Assembly: GCA_964627195.1 (NCBI GenBank)
Contig: CAZVJU010000003.1
Location: 14,854-78,853, forward strand
Source of the DNA: an uncultured Gammaproteobacteria bacterium
Lineage (GTDB): Bacteria > Patescibacteriota > Microgenomatia > UBA8517
Direction of reading: 5' to 3'
Length of the DNA: 64,000 nucleotides
Positions 38,450-48,379 of this stretch are shown piece after piece. Every line of letters begins with the position of its first letter. Position 1 is the stretch's first letter. The notes under the pieces were generated by a model that saw nothing but the letters and a program-made list of their open reading frames with translations, ran no database searches and was not told where the DNA came from. The position numbers and the translations under genes are program-made.

Positions 38450-40234
38450 ATGGTCTATTATATTAAAGAAAATTTTTATTTTGATATCGACAAATATAAC
38501 CAACTTAGGATAACCGGACCACAAAATCACCTTCTTCTTGGCTTGACCATTCCCGAAAATGTCAAAATTGAAGTTGAAAAGTATAACCTTCACAAGAAGC
38601 AGCTGGTCGTAAAATTAAAGCTTTCTACAAAAAAATTAACTACGCCAATTCCTATTGTCACAGACATTCGAACCATAAGAACTTACACAGAAAATGTCCG
38701 CCCTCAACCAACTTATGGAGAACTGATAGAAAAAAATATTGAAGAGTTGGTCCCTCAGACAATTAGACAAGTTAAAAGAAAAGGAAAGATCGTTCTCAAG
38801 TTTGCCAAAACGTACACCGACGAACGGGGAAAAATACGAAGGTACGGGGCAAAATTTATTCTTCCGCCTGATTCCAGCGCAAAAATTGACGGGAAAAAGT
38901 TAACGATAACCTCTGATAAAAATATTTTTTTAACCATTAAAACAATTACAAATGTAACTGTTTCTCAAAAACTTCGCTCCTTGGTTTTTGTTCCTGAAGA
39001 AGATATTAGTCGGGATCTATTTAATAAAACCTTATTAGACCTTTACCAAAAAGCAGGTAAAGATGTTGAATATCTAGTTCGAACTCAAAAAACGAGCAGC
39101 TTTGAGTATGGCACAATATTCCCACGAGACTGGATTGAGTCAGCGGATCTGGGACATGGAGACTTCAGCCCTGAGACTATTGATTATATGTATTCTCAGG
39201 CTATGAAAAATATCTCAGAAACGGGCGAAGGCTGGCACGAAGAACTGGTGGGCTCATACCGAATGAAAGCGGGTTCTAAAAATTTTATCGATAGAAAGAT
39301 GATTGACATAGAACCACGCTACATCATCGGTATGAATTTCGTGACAAAGTCTTTCCTGCTGAATAAAGAAAATAGAAGAAAGCTAAAATTGGTGGCAAAT
39401 TACATACTGCGTAACGCCGAAGAAAAAGAACTTATAACATTTAAGCGAACACATCGTGCTCGCGATGAATACTATCCTGTTGGTAATTGGCGAGACAGCG
39501 GCAATGCATTTCCCGGGCAAAAATCCCCCTTGGCTCCTTATGATGTCAATTGTGTTTTTTATCCAACCAGTTTGAAAATAATCCGAGAATACTGTACCTT
39601 TTTCCAAATCCGCAATCTTAATTGGTTGGATGAAATCTTCGAGAAATGGCAATTGAATAAACAAAAATATCGTATGTATCACCCATATGACACAGTGGGG
39701 TATGCACTAGCAATTCACGGAAAGAAAAATAAACAACTTACAGTGTCACACCTGGACGAGGCATATGACTTATTCTACGGAAATCCAAATCTTGAAGAAG
39801 TTGTAAGCTTTGCAATTAAGTTAGCAGATCCTGATTTTTTCTATACCCCCGTGGGACCAATCCTAGTAGCAAATGATGAGGAAGAATACTCAACCGGCCA
39901 ATATCACGGTAAGGTTATTTGGCCAAAACAAGCCGCATTTGCAATCGCGGGGTTAGTAAGGCAATTCAGAAGAGGCATCTTGGAAAACTGGCCGAATGAT
40001 GTTTTAGAAACAATCAAAGATGTAATTAAAATAACCTGTGAAGCTTGTTTTCGAGGCTGGGAAGAATTGGGCGTAATACCTGAGCTTTACTACTATGACA
40101 AAAAAGGTAACTGTGCAAGACTCTATACAGATCAGCAAAACTATGAGGGACCAATGAGTTTTCTGCAGCTTTGGAGTTTAGTCGGAGCTAGGCGGATTAT
40201 GCGTGGATATCAGTTTATGAAGCTCCATGGCTAA
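38450..40234 (+). CDS. Six-hairpin glycoside hydrolase (amylo-alpha-1,6-glucosidase-like)
   Basis: FPRD, NWRDS, YHG.VIWP, PELY, QLWS; divergent from two GT4 genes. Confidence 0.65.
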   Translation: MVYYIKENFYFDIDKYNQLRITGPQNHLLLGLTIPENVKIEVEKYNLHKKQLVVKLKLSTKKLTTPIPIVTDIRTIRTYTENVRPQPTYGELIEKNIEELVPQTIRQVKRKGKIVLKFAKTYTDERGKIRRYGAKFILPPDSSAKIDGKKLTITSDKNIFLTIKTITNVTVSQKLRSLVFVPEEDISRDLFNKTLLDLYQKAGKDVEYLVRTQKTSSFEYGTIFPRDWIESADLGHGDFSPETIDYMYSQAMKNISETGEGWHEELVGSYRMKAGSKNFIDRKMIDIEPRYIIGMNFVTKSFLLNKENRRKLKLVANYILRNAEEKELITFKRTHRARDEYYPVGNWRDSGNAFPGQKSPLAPYDVNCVFYPTSLKIIREYCTFFQIRNLNWLDEIFEKWQLNKQKYRMYHPYDTVGYALAIHGKKNKQLTVSHLDEAYDLFYGNPNLEEVVSFAIKLADPDFFYTPVGPILVANDEEEYSTGQYHGKVIWPKQAAFAIAGLVRQFRRGILENWPNDVLETIKDVIKITCEACFRGWEELGVIPELYYYDKKGNCARLYTDQQNYEGPMSFLQLWSLVGARRIMRGYQFMKLHG

Positions 40235-40277
40235 ACTCGTGGTTTTCTCGCTTTGATGATCAAAAACGCTTGTTTCG

Positions 40278-40580
40278 CTAACCAAAAATTTTTTTAACAA
40301 GAAGAGTAAAGTTTAAACCTTTATGTTTAGTTTTGCCTTCACTTTTTTTGGACCATACGGAAAGTATTAACCACTCATTTCTCTCATTCTTTTTAGCAAC
40401 TACTTCTATTCGGACGTTATCAAGCGTTTTGTGATAAACCCAGACGTTTTTGGAGTTTGCATATCTAGATTGATCGGGGGCTCGCCATGTAGCCCAAGCA
40501 TCACTCTGTTTAATTCCACGTTCTCTCATCCTGGCAAGAGCATGATTCGTCCAAATTACCCCGCCAAATTTATTGTCCAC
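40278..40580 (-). CDS. DUF4258-like protein
   Basis: WTNHALARMRERGI...WLILSVW; GTG start. Confidence 0.65.
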   Translation of the reverse strand: MDNKFGGVIWTNHALARMRERGIKQSDAWATWRAPDQSRYANSKNVWVYHKTLDNVRIEVVAKKNERNEWLILSVWSKKSEGKTKHKGLNFTLLVKKIFG

Positions 40581-40908
40581 GCTTCCCTTTCCCTCTAATC
40601 TCATGAAGTATTTCTGCTTCTATACTTTTAATTTCATTTCTTAATAACTCTTCAATATCCCCTTTTATCATCTTATTAAGATAGACTATGTGAGTATCAC
40701 TGTAAGGAGACTCATGAAAGCTTAATAAAAACTCTTCATGGTGCTCACGGGGTAAGATATCCAGAATTGAAGCTAAAACTCTATGATGAATAATTTCATC
40801 AATCAGTTGCCAAAGTTCCTCACGTTCTTCGGCTAAGTCAGTTACATTTTTTATTTCCCTATCAACTTCCTCAAATATTATCAGGTGATCGTAAAAGATT
40901 CTACTCAT
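40570..40908 (-). CDS. Hypothetical protein
   Basis: 112 aa helical ORF in an operon-like run. Confidence 0.7.
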   Translation of the reverse strand: MSRIFYDHLIIFEEVDREIKNVTDLAEEREELWQLIDEIIHHRVLASILDILPREHHEEFLLSFHESPYSDTHIVYLNKMIKGDIEELLRNEIKSIEAEILHEIRGKGKRGQ

Positions 40909-40971
40909 AATAAATTAATGTATCTTTTGGCATATGCGATAAATCGCATCTGTAGAAAATTTTTGACATAT

Positions 40972-41934
40972 TTAGTTTCTTAGCATTGCTATATCTAAGT
41001 TATTATACTCGACCGGACCAAGTGGAACTTCATTTTCCGGATCGTCCACAAAAAAAATAATTACAGGCCCCTTTTTGTAAGCGCTGCCCCCTAAAGATTG
41101 CATCACTTCAGGACTTCCGCCGTAGTGTTTACCCGTCCAAGCTGCAGGACCAGAATCAGCGATAGAAGCGATAACTGCATTGCCGTTTTCAGTATTAACG
41201 ATAAGCACTTTTCGGTACTTATACCAATTTTTTAAGTAAGGTTGTCTTCTGTCCCAATCCGACAAATAAAGGGTCTGGACGACTGCATACCATTTCTCTG
41301 TATCCTCCAACTCTTTCGTTAATGCCTGTTTAGACTGGGCGAAATAGCCCCAAGCCGAAAGTCCCGGCGCCATACCTTCCCGGATAACTTTGTTGCCCCC
41401 ATGATCCTGTAATCTGTCACCGGGGAAACGTCTTAAATGCTGCTCTATTCCAATAATACCGTATGTCGTATTTAAGTGTTCGGACTCCAATGTTGCGCGC
41501 GCAGGAACCCCAATCACATTTTGGAAAACCTGTTCTAAAAGTTTTTCCTCGGTACGGGATAGCGGACGTACTCTCCCGGGCAAACTTGAGGAAAGTGTAT
41601 CTACAAGAATCTCTTTCGAGTTCTCAGTACTCGAACCAGCAGTGGCAAATTTCTGCAAAATTTCATAAGAGGGAGGTAATAACTTTAATTCAGTTGGTAA
41701 ATTAAATAAAAGTGCGCCAGTGAGAGCCCCTGTGCCAATAAGTTTAGCAGAATGCTCACGGATTTTACCGATATCAAGTCCTTTTGATTTGAAAAACTCC
41801 TCAGCATGAAAATGTCTCTCCTTGATATGCCTTTTCGCTTCTAAGTTTACTAACTTTAGCCTTTGCCTCAATAATTCTGCATCCACTTTATTGGCAGCAA
41901 TATCAAAATACGTTTGTGTGGGCAGCTTTCCCAT
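40972..41934 (-). CDS. Conserved hypothetical protein, possible RlpA-like/DPBB C-domain
   Basis: VLIVN.ENG.AVIASIADSGP resembles the DPBB V..DRGP motif. Confidence 0.55.
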   Translation of the reverse strand: MGKLPTQTYFDIAANKVDAELLRQRLKLVNLEAKRHIKERHFHAEEFFKSKGLDIGKIREHSAKLIGTGALTGALLFNLPTELKLLPPSYEILQKFATAGSSTENSKEILVDTLSSSLPGRVRPLSRTEEKLLEQVFQNVIGVPARATLESEHLNTTYGIIGIEQHLRRFPGDRLQDHGGNKVIREGMAPGLSAWGYFAQSKQALTKELEDTEKWYAVVQTLYLSDWDRRQPYLKNWYKYRKVLIVNTENGNAVIASIADSGPAAWTGKHYGGSPEVMQSLGGSAYKKGPVIIFFVDDPENEVPLGPVEYNNLDIAMLRN

Positions 41935-41950
41935 AAATAGTTGAAAGTGG

Positions 41951-43327
41951 TTAGTTATTTGATAATACTATATTAATTCTTTTTAGCGTTTCTTCCTTGC
42001 CTAAAAGTATAATCGACTCGTTAATCGGCGGAGTAAATCTTTGACCTGTAATGGCAATTCTCAAATCCATGAAAAAGTCTCCAGTCTTGAATCCGTTTTT
42101 ATCAATTTGTTTCATTAAACCATCGTTTAGATCCTTCAAAGACCAAGAGTCTAAGTTATCAAGTACATCTGTTGCGATTCCCAAATGTGTTTTCCAATTC
42201 CTGCCCAGCATTTTGGTTTCTATACTCGGCTTCTCAAAGAAAAAGCCCGCAATAGTTTCGAAATCACTAAGTTTTGTGATCCTTTCTTTGATCAAAGGAA
42301 TAATTTTCTTAACCAAATTTTTATCAGCTTTATTCGGTGCAAATGGGAGCACTAGCTTGATTAACTCTTCGTCAGTCTTTTGGCGAATATAATAACCATT
42401 AAACCAATCAAGTTTTTCTTTATTGAAAAGGGGATTAGACTTTTGAAAACCGAAAGAATCGAATAGTTTGATAAATTCGTCCAAGGTAAAAAGTTCACGA
42501 TTATCCTTGGGCGCCCAACCGAGAAGGATCGTAAAATTAAAGATTGCTTCCTTCAAATAACCTTCATCTTCTAATTGTCTAATAGAGGTTGATCCTTTTC
42601 TTTTGGCTAATTTACCCCCTTCGGCGGATTGAATATCAGTTAGATGGCCGATTTCCGGTCTGTTATATCCTAAATAGTCATATAAAAGTAAATGAATAGG
42701 CGTACTGGGCATCCAATCATAACCTCGTAAAACATGAGTTATTTTCATATCATTATCGTCATAAGTCGCTGCCAGGTGATAGGTCGGAAGTTCACCTAGT
42801 ACCTTTGATTTAAGAAGTGTTGCATCAAATACGGTATTTGAATCCCAGCTTATATCTTTATCGAAAACAAAATCGCGGTATGTTATCTTCTGGTTATCGG
42901 GAATTTTTATTTTTATGGCACCTTCTTTAAGTCCTTTATCCCTGCATGGATCTCTTAAAATCTTCGTATAACCACTATGTTTTGCGTCTCTTGCTGAACA
43001 TTGACAGTAAAATGCTTTGCCTTCTTCGACCAGTTTTTCAGCGACTCTTTTATAAATCCCCTCTTTTGCCCTTTCTGATTGGACGTAATATTCATTCCAC
43101 TTCATCCCGAAATCTGAAATCATCTTTTTAATTATTTCTACAGCCTCTGGCACATATCTTCTTTGATCAGTATCCTCAATACGCAATAAAAAATCTCCCT
43201 TATTATGTTTAGCCAGAGCATAAGCATAAACACACGTTCTTAAATGGCCAATATGGGGCATTCCTGTCGGACTTGGAGCAAATCGCGTTCGTACTTCTTG
43301 AAATTTAGAAGATTTTAACTCAGCCAC
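41951..43327 (-). CDS. gltX: Glutamate--tRNA ligase
   Basis: RTRFAPSPTG.PHIGH, LRIEDTD, THVLRG, KLAKR. Confidence 0.95.
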   Translation of the reverse strand: MAELKSSKFQEVRTRFAPSPTGMPHIGHLRTCVYAYALAKHNKGDFLLRIEDTDQRRYVPEAVEIIKKMISDFGMKWNEYYVQSERAKEGIYKRVAEKLVEEGKAFYCQCSARDAKHSGYTKILRDPCRDKGLKEGAIKIKIPDNQKITYRDFVFDKDISWDSNTVFDATLLKSKVLGELPTYHLAATYDDNDMKITHVLRGYDWMPSTPIHLLLYDYLGYNRPEIGHLTDIQSAEGGKLAKRKGSTSIRQLEDEGYLKEAIFNFTILLGWAPKDNRELFTLDEFIKLFDSFGFQKSNPLFNKEKLDWFNGYYIRQKTDEELIKLVLPFAPNKADKNLVKKIIPLIKERITKLSDFETIAGFFFEKPSIETKMLGRNWKTHLGIATDVLDNLDSWSLKDLNDGLMKQIDKNGFKTGDFFMDLRIAITGQRFTPPINESIILLGKEETLKRINIVLSNN

Positions 43328-43370
43328 AATTGAATTCTACCACGAGTACAGTTATACTCAAAAGAGCTTT

Positions 43371-44444
43371 ATGGCTTCACTTACCCAAATATCCATTTCC
43401 GCGAGGAAGGTAATCCGCTACGGAATTTACCTTATTATACTTTTAGTTATTTTACGTTTTGCTTTTAACATAAGCCTGAACTTATATAGAAGGGTATTCC
43501 CGCCCAGAGAACCGGCACCAACAGTTGCTTTCGGAAAATTACCGAAATTGGCTCTCCCAGATAAACCTAAAGCGGAAAATATAAACTATACTCTTGAACT
43601 AGTAGGAGGCGATCTGCCGAAATTGCCTGAACAGACTTTGGTTTACGAAATGCCGGCTTTCCAGTCCGACATTAAAGTAATCGATGATGCCAAAAGAAAA
43701 GCAAACCAGCTAGGGTTTAACCCAGATGGTAAAGTGCTGGTTGAGAGCATTCCAAATGTTTATGTATTTAAAAAGGGAGCAACTCCGGCAACACTCACCA
43801 TGAATGTAATAACAGGAATATTTTCTATAAGCTACAACATTAATGAAAACCCTAATATTTTTGAAGGCACTCCTGGACAACCTGAGACATCTGTCGATTT
43901 TGTTCGGAATTACTTAAAAGGATTTTTATCAGAAGACCTAACCTCCGGTCCCGGAACTACCGAACTTCTCCGCTATGAAGGTGGTAAGTTTGTCCCTGCA
44001 GTTAGTATCTCTGAGTCAAACGCAATTAAAGTAAATATTTTTAGAAAAGGCTTTGGAAAAGACGGAAGTATACCGAGTGTAACTCCTGACATGCCAGAAG
44101 CTAATGTTTGGTTTATTTTAGCCGGCCGCTCCAGAACACCAATTGCGGCTGAATACCACTCTTTCCCCATTAACACGTCAAAAATTGCGACCTATCCATT
44201 AAAGACAAGTGAGAAAGCGTGGGAGGAGTTAAAGGAAGGAAAAGCATATTTCGCAAATATTGGTGAAAATAGTTCAGGAGTCATTATCAGAAAAATCTAC
44301 CTGGCTTATTACGATGCAGGGCAGTACGCTCAATATTACCAGCCGGTTATTGTCTTTGAGGGAGATAATAAGTTTTTTGCTTTCGTCCCTGCAGTAATAG
44401 ATGAACACTATGGAAGAGAACAAGCTACAACTACTGCGCAATAG
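43371..44444 (+). CDS. Membrane-anchored hypothetical protein
   Basis: N-terminal TM; C-terminal YLAYYD...QPVIVF. Confidence 0.7.
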   Translation: MASLTQISISARKVIRYGIYLIILLVILRFAFNISLNLYRRVFPPREPAPTVAFGKLPKLALPDKPKAENINYTLELVGGDLPKLPEQTLVYEMPAFQSDIKVIDDAKRKANQLGFNPDGKVLVESIPNVYVFKKGATPATLTMNVITGIFSISYNINENPNIFEGTPGQPETSVDFVRNYLKGFLSEDLTSGPGTTELLRYEGGKFVPAVSISESNAIKVNIFRKGFGKDGSIPSVTPDMPEANVWFILAGRSRTPIAAEYHSFPINTSKIATYPLKTSEKAWEELKEGKAYFANIGENSSGVIIRKIYLAYYDAGQYAQYYQPVIVFEGDNKFFAFVPAVIDEHYGREQATTTAQ

Positions 44445-45363
44445 ACCTTTGCACACTCCACCAATCGAAATTAGTAAAGACCCAGTCAATAAGTTCTTTT
44501 GTTTCACCAAACCTATCCTCGCTCCCCAAAAGGGCAATCATAACCTCCCTTTCGTCTCGTTCTATGTAGGTAACCAAATTTTCATGTGAGTCCGGAGTCC
44601 AGCCTGTTTTTACCCCTATTACGCCATCAACCTCTCCCAGCAATTCGTTAATATTATAAAGTCTATGTGATATCTTCCCATCATAGCTATAAACTATCTT
44701 TTCTTTTGTACCCACCATCTCCCGAAAAATAGGATTTTGCATGGCGACACTTGATACGCGCACGAGATCACGAGCGCTGGTTACCTGTCCTTTACCGTCA
44801 AGTCCCGATGGATTATAAAAAGATGAATGATCCAAATGCAACTCCTCGGCTTTCAGATTCATAGCAGTGATAAAGGAAGCACGTCCACCGGGATAGTTTT
44901 TGGCCAAAACCTCCGCGGCGTCGTTGGCGGAAAAAACTAAAAGGCCGTACAGTAGATCCCCAACTTTTATTTTCTCGCCAACTACAAGTTTCATCTTTTG
45001 GCCTTCTACTTGTATCTCTGCACCTGCTGTTACTAACTCATCCGGGTGATAATAATCCATTGCAACCAAAGCGGTGACAATTTTTGTCGTTGATGCAGGC
45101 AGAAGTCTGTCATCGGGATTCTTTTCGTAAAGCGTAACTTCAGAAGGAAGATCAACTACTAAGATTGACTGGGCAGAAAGATTTGGAGCATCAAACTCAT
45201 TTACTAAAACAGGGATCGGAGAGAGACTTGTATCCTGATTTTCTCCGAGAACTTCAGTTTTTAATTCTTCATTCTTGGGAATGTAAAGAGGAATTCTTGT
45301 TATTGCTAAAGTCGAAGTTGCTATAAAAAAAAATGAGATCATCGCTAAAAGCAAAAGTTTCAT
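44431..45363 (-). CDS. D-alanyl-D-alanine carboxypeptidase (S11)
   Basis: PASTTK (SxxK), SAN, KTG. Confidence 0.92.
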   Translation of the reverse strand: MKLLLLAMISFFFIATSTLAITRIPLYIPKNEELKTEVLGENQDTSLSPIPVLVNEFDAPNLSAQSILVVDLPSEVTLYEKNPDDRLLPASTTKIVTALVAMDYYHPDELVTAGAEIQVEGQKMKLVVGEKIKVGDLLYGLLVFSANDAAEVLAKNYPGGRASFITAMNLKAEELHLDHSSFYNPSGLDGKGQVTSARDLVRVSSVAMQNPIFREMVGTKEKIVYSYDGKISHRLYNINELLGEVDGVIGVKTGWTPDSHENLVTYIERDEREVMIALLGSEDRFGETKELIDWVFTNFDWWSVQRSIAQ

Positions 45364-45408
45364 GTTCTTACTCTAAAATGAAGATGAACATTTTGCAAGA
45401 CTCCAGTA

Positions 45409-46755
45409 TTACTTTTTCTTTTCCTGAGGTTTCTGTAAAGTTGACAAACGGATGTCTACTCTTTCCATATCACGAGGAAAGAGACTCGCCTCGCGGATAT
45501 TTCCTAATCCAAGTATATGCATAGTAATTCTTTCCGATCCAAATGAAAAACCACCTTCGGGGGGCATACCGAACCTAAACGCTTGCAAATAAAGTTCTAG
45601 TTTTTTCGGATCAACATTTCTTTCCTTTGCCATTTTCAATAACGTATCATAATCGTTTATTCTTCTGCCACCCGTCATCCATTCGGTTCCTCTTCCCAAT
45701 AAATCAAAACTCATCGTATATTCTGGGTCTTCAGGATCTTGGAATGTATAAAAAGGCCTTTTCTTAGTTGGATAATGAGAGATGAAAATAAGGTCACTCC
45801 CCTTCTCCTCTAAAGACCACCTACAAATTTCTTTCTCATCTTCTGGCTCCAAGTCGGGTTCCTTGCGATTGTCTCGACCAGTGCGTCTAAAAATTATTTC
45901 TTGTGCTTCCCTTAACTTAATCATTGGAATATCATCGGTAAACTTGGGAGTTGTGGCACCAAACTTTTCTAAAATTTCTCCACACTTTTTTTCAACTTCT
46001 TTAAGCATAAATTTTATTGTGTATTCGGCCATTTCCTTAACATCAAAATAGCTATCGATAAACCCAAATTCTGCATCAAGGGTTGTTACCTCAGTTAAGT
46101 GTCGTGTTGTTACAGAGGGTTCTGCTCTTAGAGTTTTGTTAACCGAAAATACCCTCTCGTACGCACCAACCAAAATTTGTTTATAGAGCTGTGGACTTTG
46201 TGATAAATATACTTCATGGTTGAAATAGGGAACTTTAAAAACCTCAGCTCCCCCTTCAACAACCTCGGGAATAAAAACTGGCGCCTGGAATTCAAAGAAT
46301 TCTCTCTCTTTAAGTGCTCGCCTAAAGGCGTCAATAACAACTTCCTGAACTTTAAAGATAGCGTTTATTTTTGAATTTCTTAAAGTAAGTGGGCGGTAAT
46401 CAAGAAGTGTAGGTAAAGAAACATCCAAGTCTTCCTTTCCCATATCTATAGGTAGTTCATGTGCAGATGACAACAAATTTACCCTTTCCGCCTTAATTTC
46501 GACTTTACCTGTTGAGATACTGGGGTTGATCAAATTTTCAGGTCTCTTTTTGACTTCACCTTCTATTTCAATAACGTACTCTATTCCCAATGAAGAATAA
46601 TCACTTCCCATTCCGACGACTTGAATAATTCCTGTTCGGTCACGCAAATCAATGAAAGTAATTTTTCCGTGGTCGCGTTTTGTATTTACCCACCCAGCGA
46701 GTTTTACCTTTTCTCCAATTTTAGTGAGTGTATCTTTTACTAATGTTCTCTCCAT
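45409..46755 (-). CDS. aspS: Aspartate--tRNA ligase, short archaeal-type (probably non-discriminating)
   Basis: OB fold FIDLRD, EGGAEVF, LSQSPQLYKQ, RAE...RHL.E, GMPPEGG..G.ER; no GAD insert. Confidence 0.9.
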   Translation of the reverse strand: MERTLVKDTLTKIGEKVKLAGWVNTKRDHGKITFIDLRDRTGIIQVVGMGSDYSSLGIEYVIEIEGEVKKRPENLINPSISTGKVEIKAERVNLLSSAHELPIDMGKEDLDVSLPTLLDYRPLTLRNSKINAIFKVQEVVIDAFRRALKEREFFEFQAPVFIPEVVEGGAEVFKVPYFNHEVYLSQSPQLYKQILVGAYERVFSVNKTLRAEPSVTTRHLTEVTTLDAEFGFIDSYFDVKEMAEYTIKFMLKEVEKKCGEILEKFGATTPKFTDDIPMIKLREAQEIIFRRTGRDNRKEPDLEPEDEKEICRWSLEEKGSDLIFISHYPTKKRPFYTFQDPEDPEYTMSFDLLGRGTEWMTGGRRINDYDTLLKMAKERNVDPKKLELYLQAFRFGMPPEGGFSFGSERITMHILGLGNIREASLFPRDMERVDIRLSTLQKPQEKKK

Positions 46756-46798
46756 ACCCCTATTTTACTATAGCTTCAGGAAAACCGTAAACCCCCGT

Positions 46799-48316
46799 TT
46801 ACTGATGAATTAAGCTGGAGTTAACTTTTCTCAAATATTTGTTAATTTCTTGGCGAGCTTGGGTAGTTACGACAAACTCTAGCCAATGTTTATTTGGTAA
46901 TTTCGGATTCTTAGACTTTATTATCTCAACAACCCGACCGTTTGTTAATTTGTAACTCAAAGGAACAATTTTTTCATCAACCTTGGCCGCTTTTACATAC
47001 TCGCCCAGATCAGTATGAACGGCATAAGCATAGTCAATAGGTGTGGAATTTACCGGCAGATCATAAACATCCCCCTTAGGAGAAAAAACAAAAATTCTTT
47101 CAGAGAGAGCGTCAAATTTAACTGCCCTAAGGAATTCTTTGGAATCAGCAATTTCTTTTTGCCACTGAGCCAACTCCCTTACCCAAGAAAATTTATCAGA
47201 GCCCTGCGCCCACTTTCCCTCATCAATATCCTTAGAGTTCAATTTACCTGCAGATTTGAGAGAGGAAAGGCGCCAATGGGCGGCGGCTCCGTATTCAGCT
47301 TCTTCATGCATGGCAAAAGTTCTTATCTGAATTTCCACTATATTTCCACCGGGACCAAAAACTTTAGTGTGAATAGAGCGATAACCGTTGGGCTTGGGAA
47401 TAGCTATAAAGTCATTAACGGCAATCTGGGGGACAGGTTTGTAAAATTTATGGGCAACACCTAAAGCAATATAACACTCCGAAGCCTCTTGCACTAAAAT
47501 TCTCAAAGCAACTACATCGTTTATCTTTTTAAAATCCCAACTGATCTCTGACCTTTGCAGTTTTTTCCATAAGGAGTACAAACTTTTTTTCCTTCCGTAA
47601 ACTTGGGCGGTCACACCTTCTTTATTTAATGCCTTAAGAAGAACTTTCTTCATCAGAATAATTTTTCTCTCGGCATTTTTGTAGTAAGGCGATGAAAGAT
47701 CAACCACCTTTTCGTAATCTTTTATATAGGCATACTGAAAGGCCATATTCTCAATTTGATCCTTAGCCTCCGCCATACCTAATCTTTCAGCAAGCGGTGC
47801 ATAAATCTCCAAACTGTTCCTGGCATAGTCAACTTTTCTTTCTTCGGGTAAGTACTCCAGTGTTTTTAAATTATCTAGTCTTTCTGCCAAACGCAAGAAA
47901 ACAATTCTCAGGTCTTTCGCAATCGCCAAAAACATCTTGCGCAAATTTTCCACAAACAACTCTTCACTACTTCCTTTAAGTTTTATTTTCGACACTTTAG
48001 TTACTCCTTCCACCAAAGCCAGAATTTCCTCACCGAAGCCTTGAAGAACATCTTTGGCAGTAGCCGCACCGTGCTCAATTGTGTCATGCAATATCCCGGC
48101 GGTTATCGTCGCAAGATCCATCCTCCACGAAGCTAATATTAATGCGGTTTCCAGAGGATGCCAAATAACTTCTTCCCCGGAATATCTTTTCTCTCCTGCG
48201 TGGGCCAATTTCGCAAACTCAAAGGCACGCCGAAGAGTTGTAAAATCACCAGTGGCATTATAGTCACGAATTATGCTTAGTAAATCTTTAAATCTCTTTT
48301 CTAATCTTTTTTCCAT
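46799..48316 (-). CDS. RelA/SpoT family (p)ppGpp synthetase (HD + SYNTH + TGS, no ACT)
   Basis: LHDTIE, PKPNGYRSIHT, EIQIRT..MH..AE.G.AAHW, DYAYAVHT. Confidence 0.93.
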   Translation of the reverse strand: MEKRLEKRFKDLLSIIRDYNATGDFTTLRRAFEFAKLAHAGEKRYSGEEVIWHPLETALILASWRMDLATITAGILHDTIEHGAATAKDVLQGFGEEILALVEGVTKVSKIKLKGSSEELFVENLRKMFLAIAKDLRIVFLRLAERLDNLKTLEYLPEERKVDYARNSLEIYAPLAERLGMAEAKDQIENMAFQYAYIKDYEKVVDLSSPYYKNAERKIILMKKVLLKALNKEGVTAQVYGRKKSLYSLWKKLQRSEISWDFKKINDVVALRILVQEASECYIALGVAHKFYKPVPQIAVNDFIAIPKPNGYRSIHTKVFGPGGNIVEIQIRTFAMHEEAEYGAAAHWRLSSLKSAGKLNSKDIDEGKWAQGSDKFSWVRELAQWQKEIADSKEFLRAVKFDALSERIFVFSPKGDVYDLPVNSTPIDYAYAVHTDLGEYVKAAKVDEKIVPLSYKLTNGRVVEIIKSKNPKLPNKHWLEFVVTTQARQEINKYLRKVNSSLIHQ

Positions 48317-48379
48317 AAATTTTTTTTACACAAGTACAAATATGCTGTGTATGTTGGATTGACACATCCTAAAAATAAT

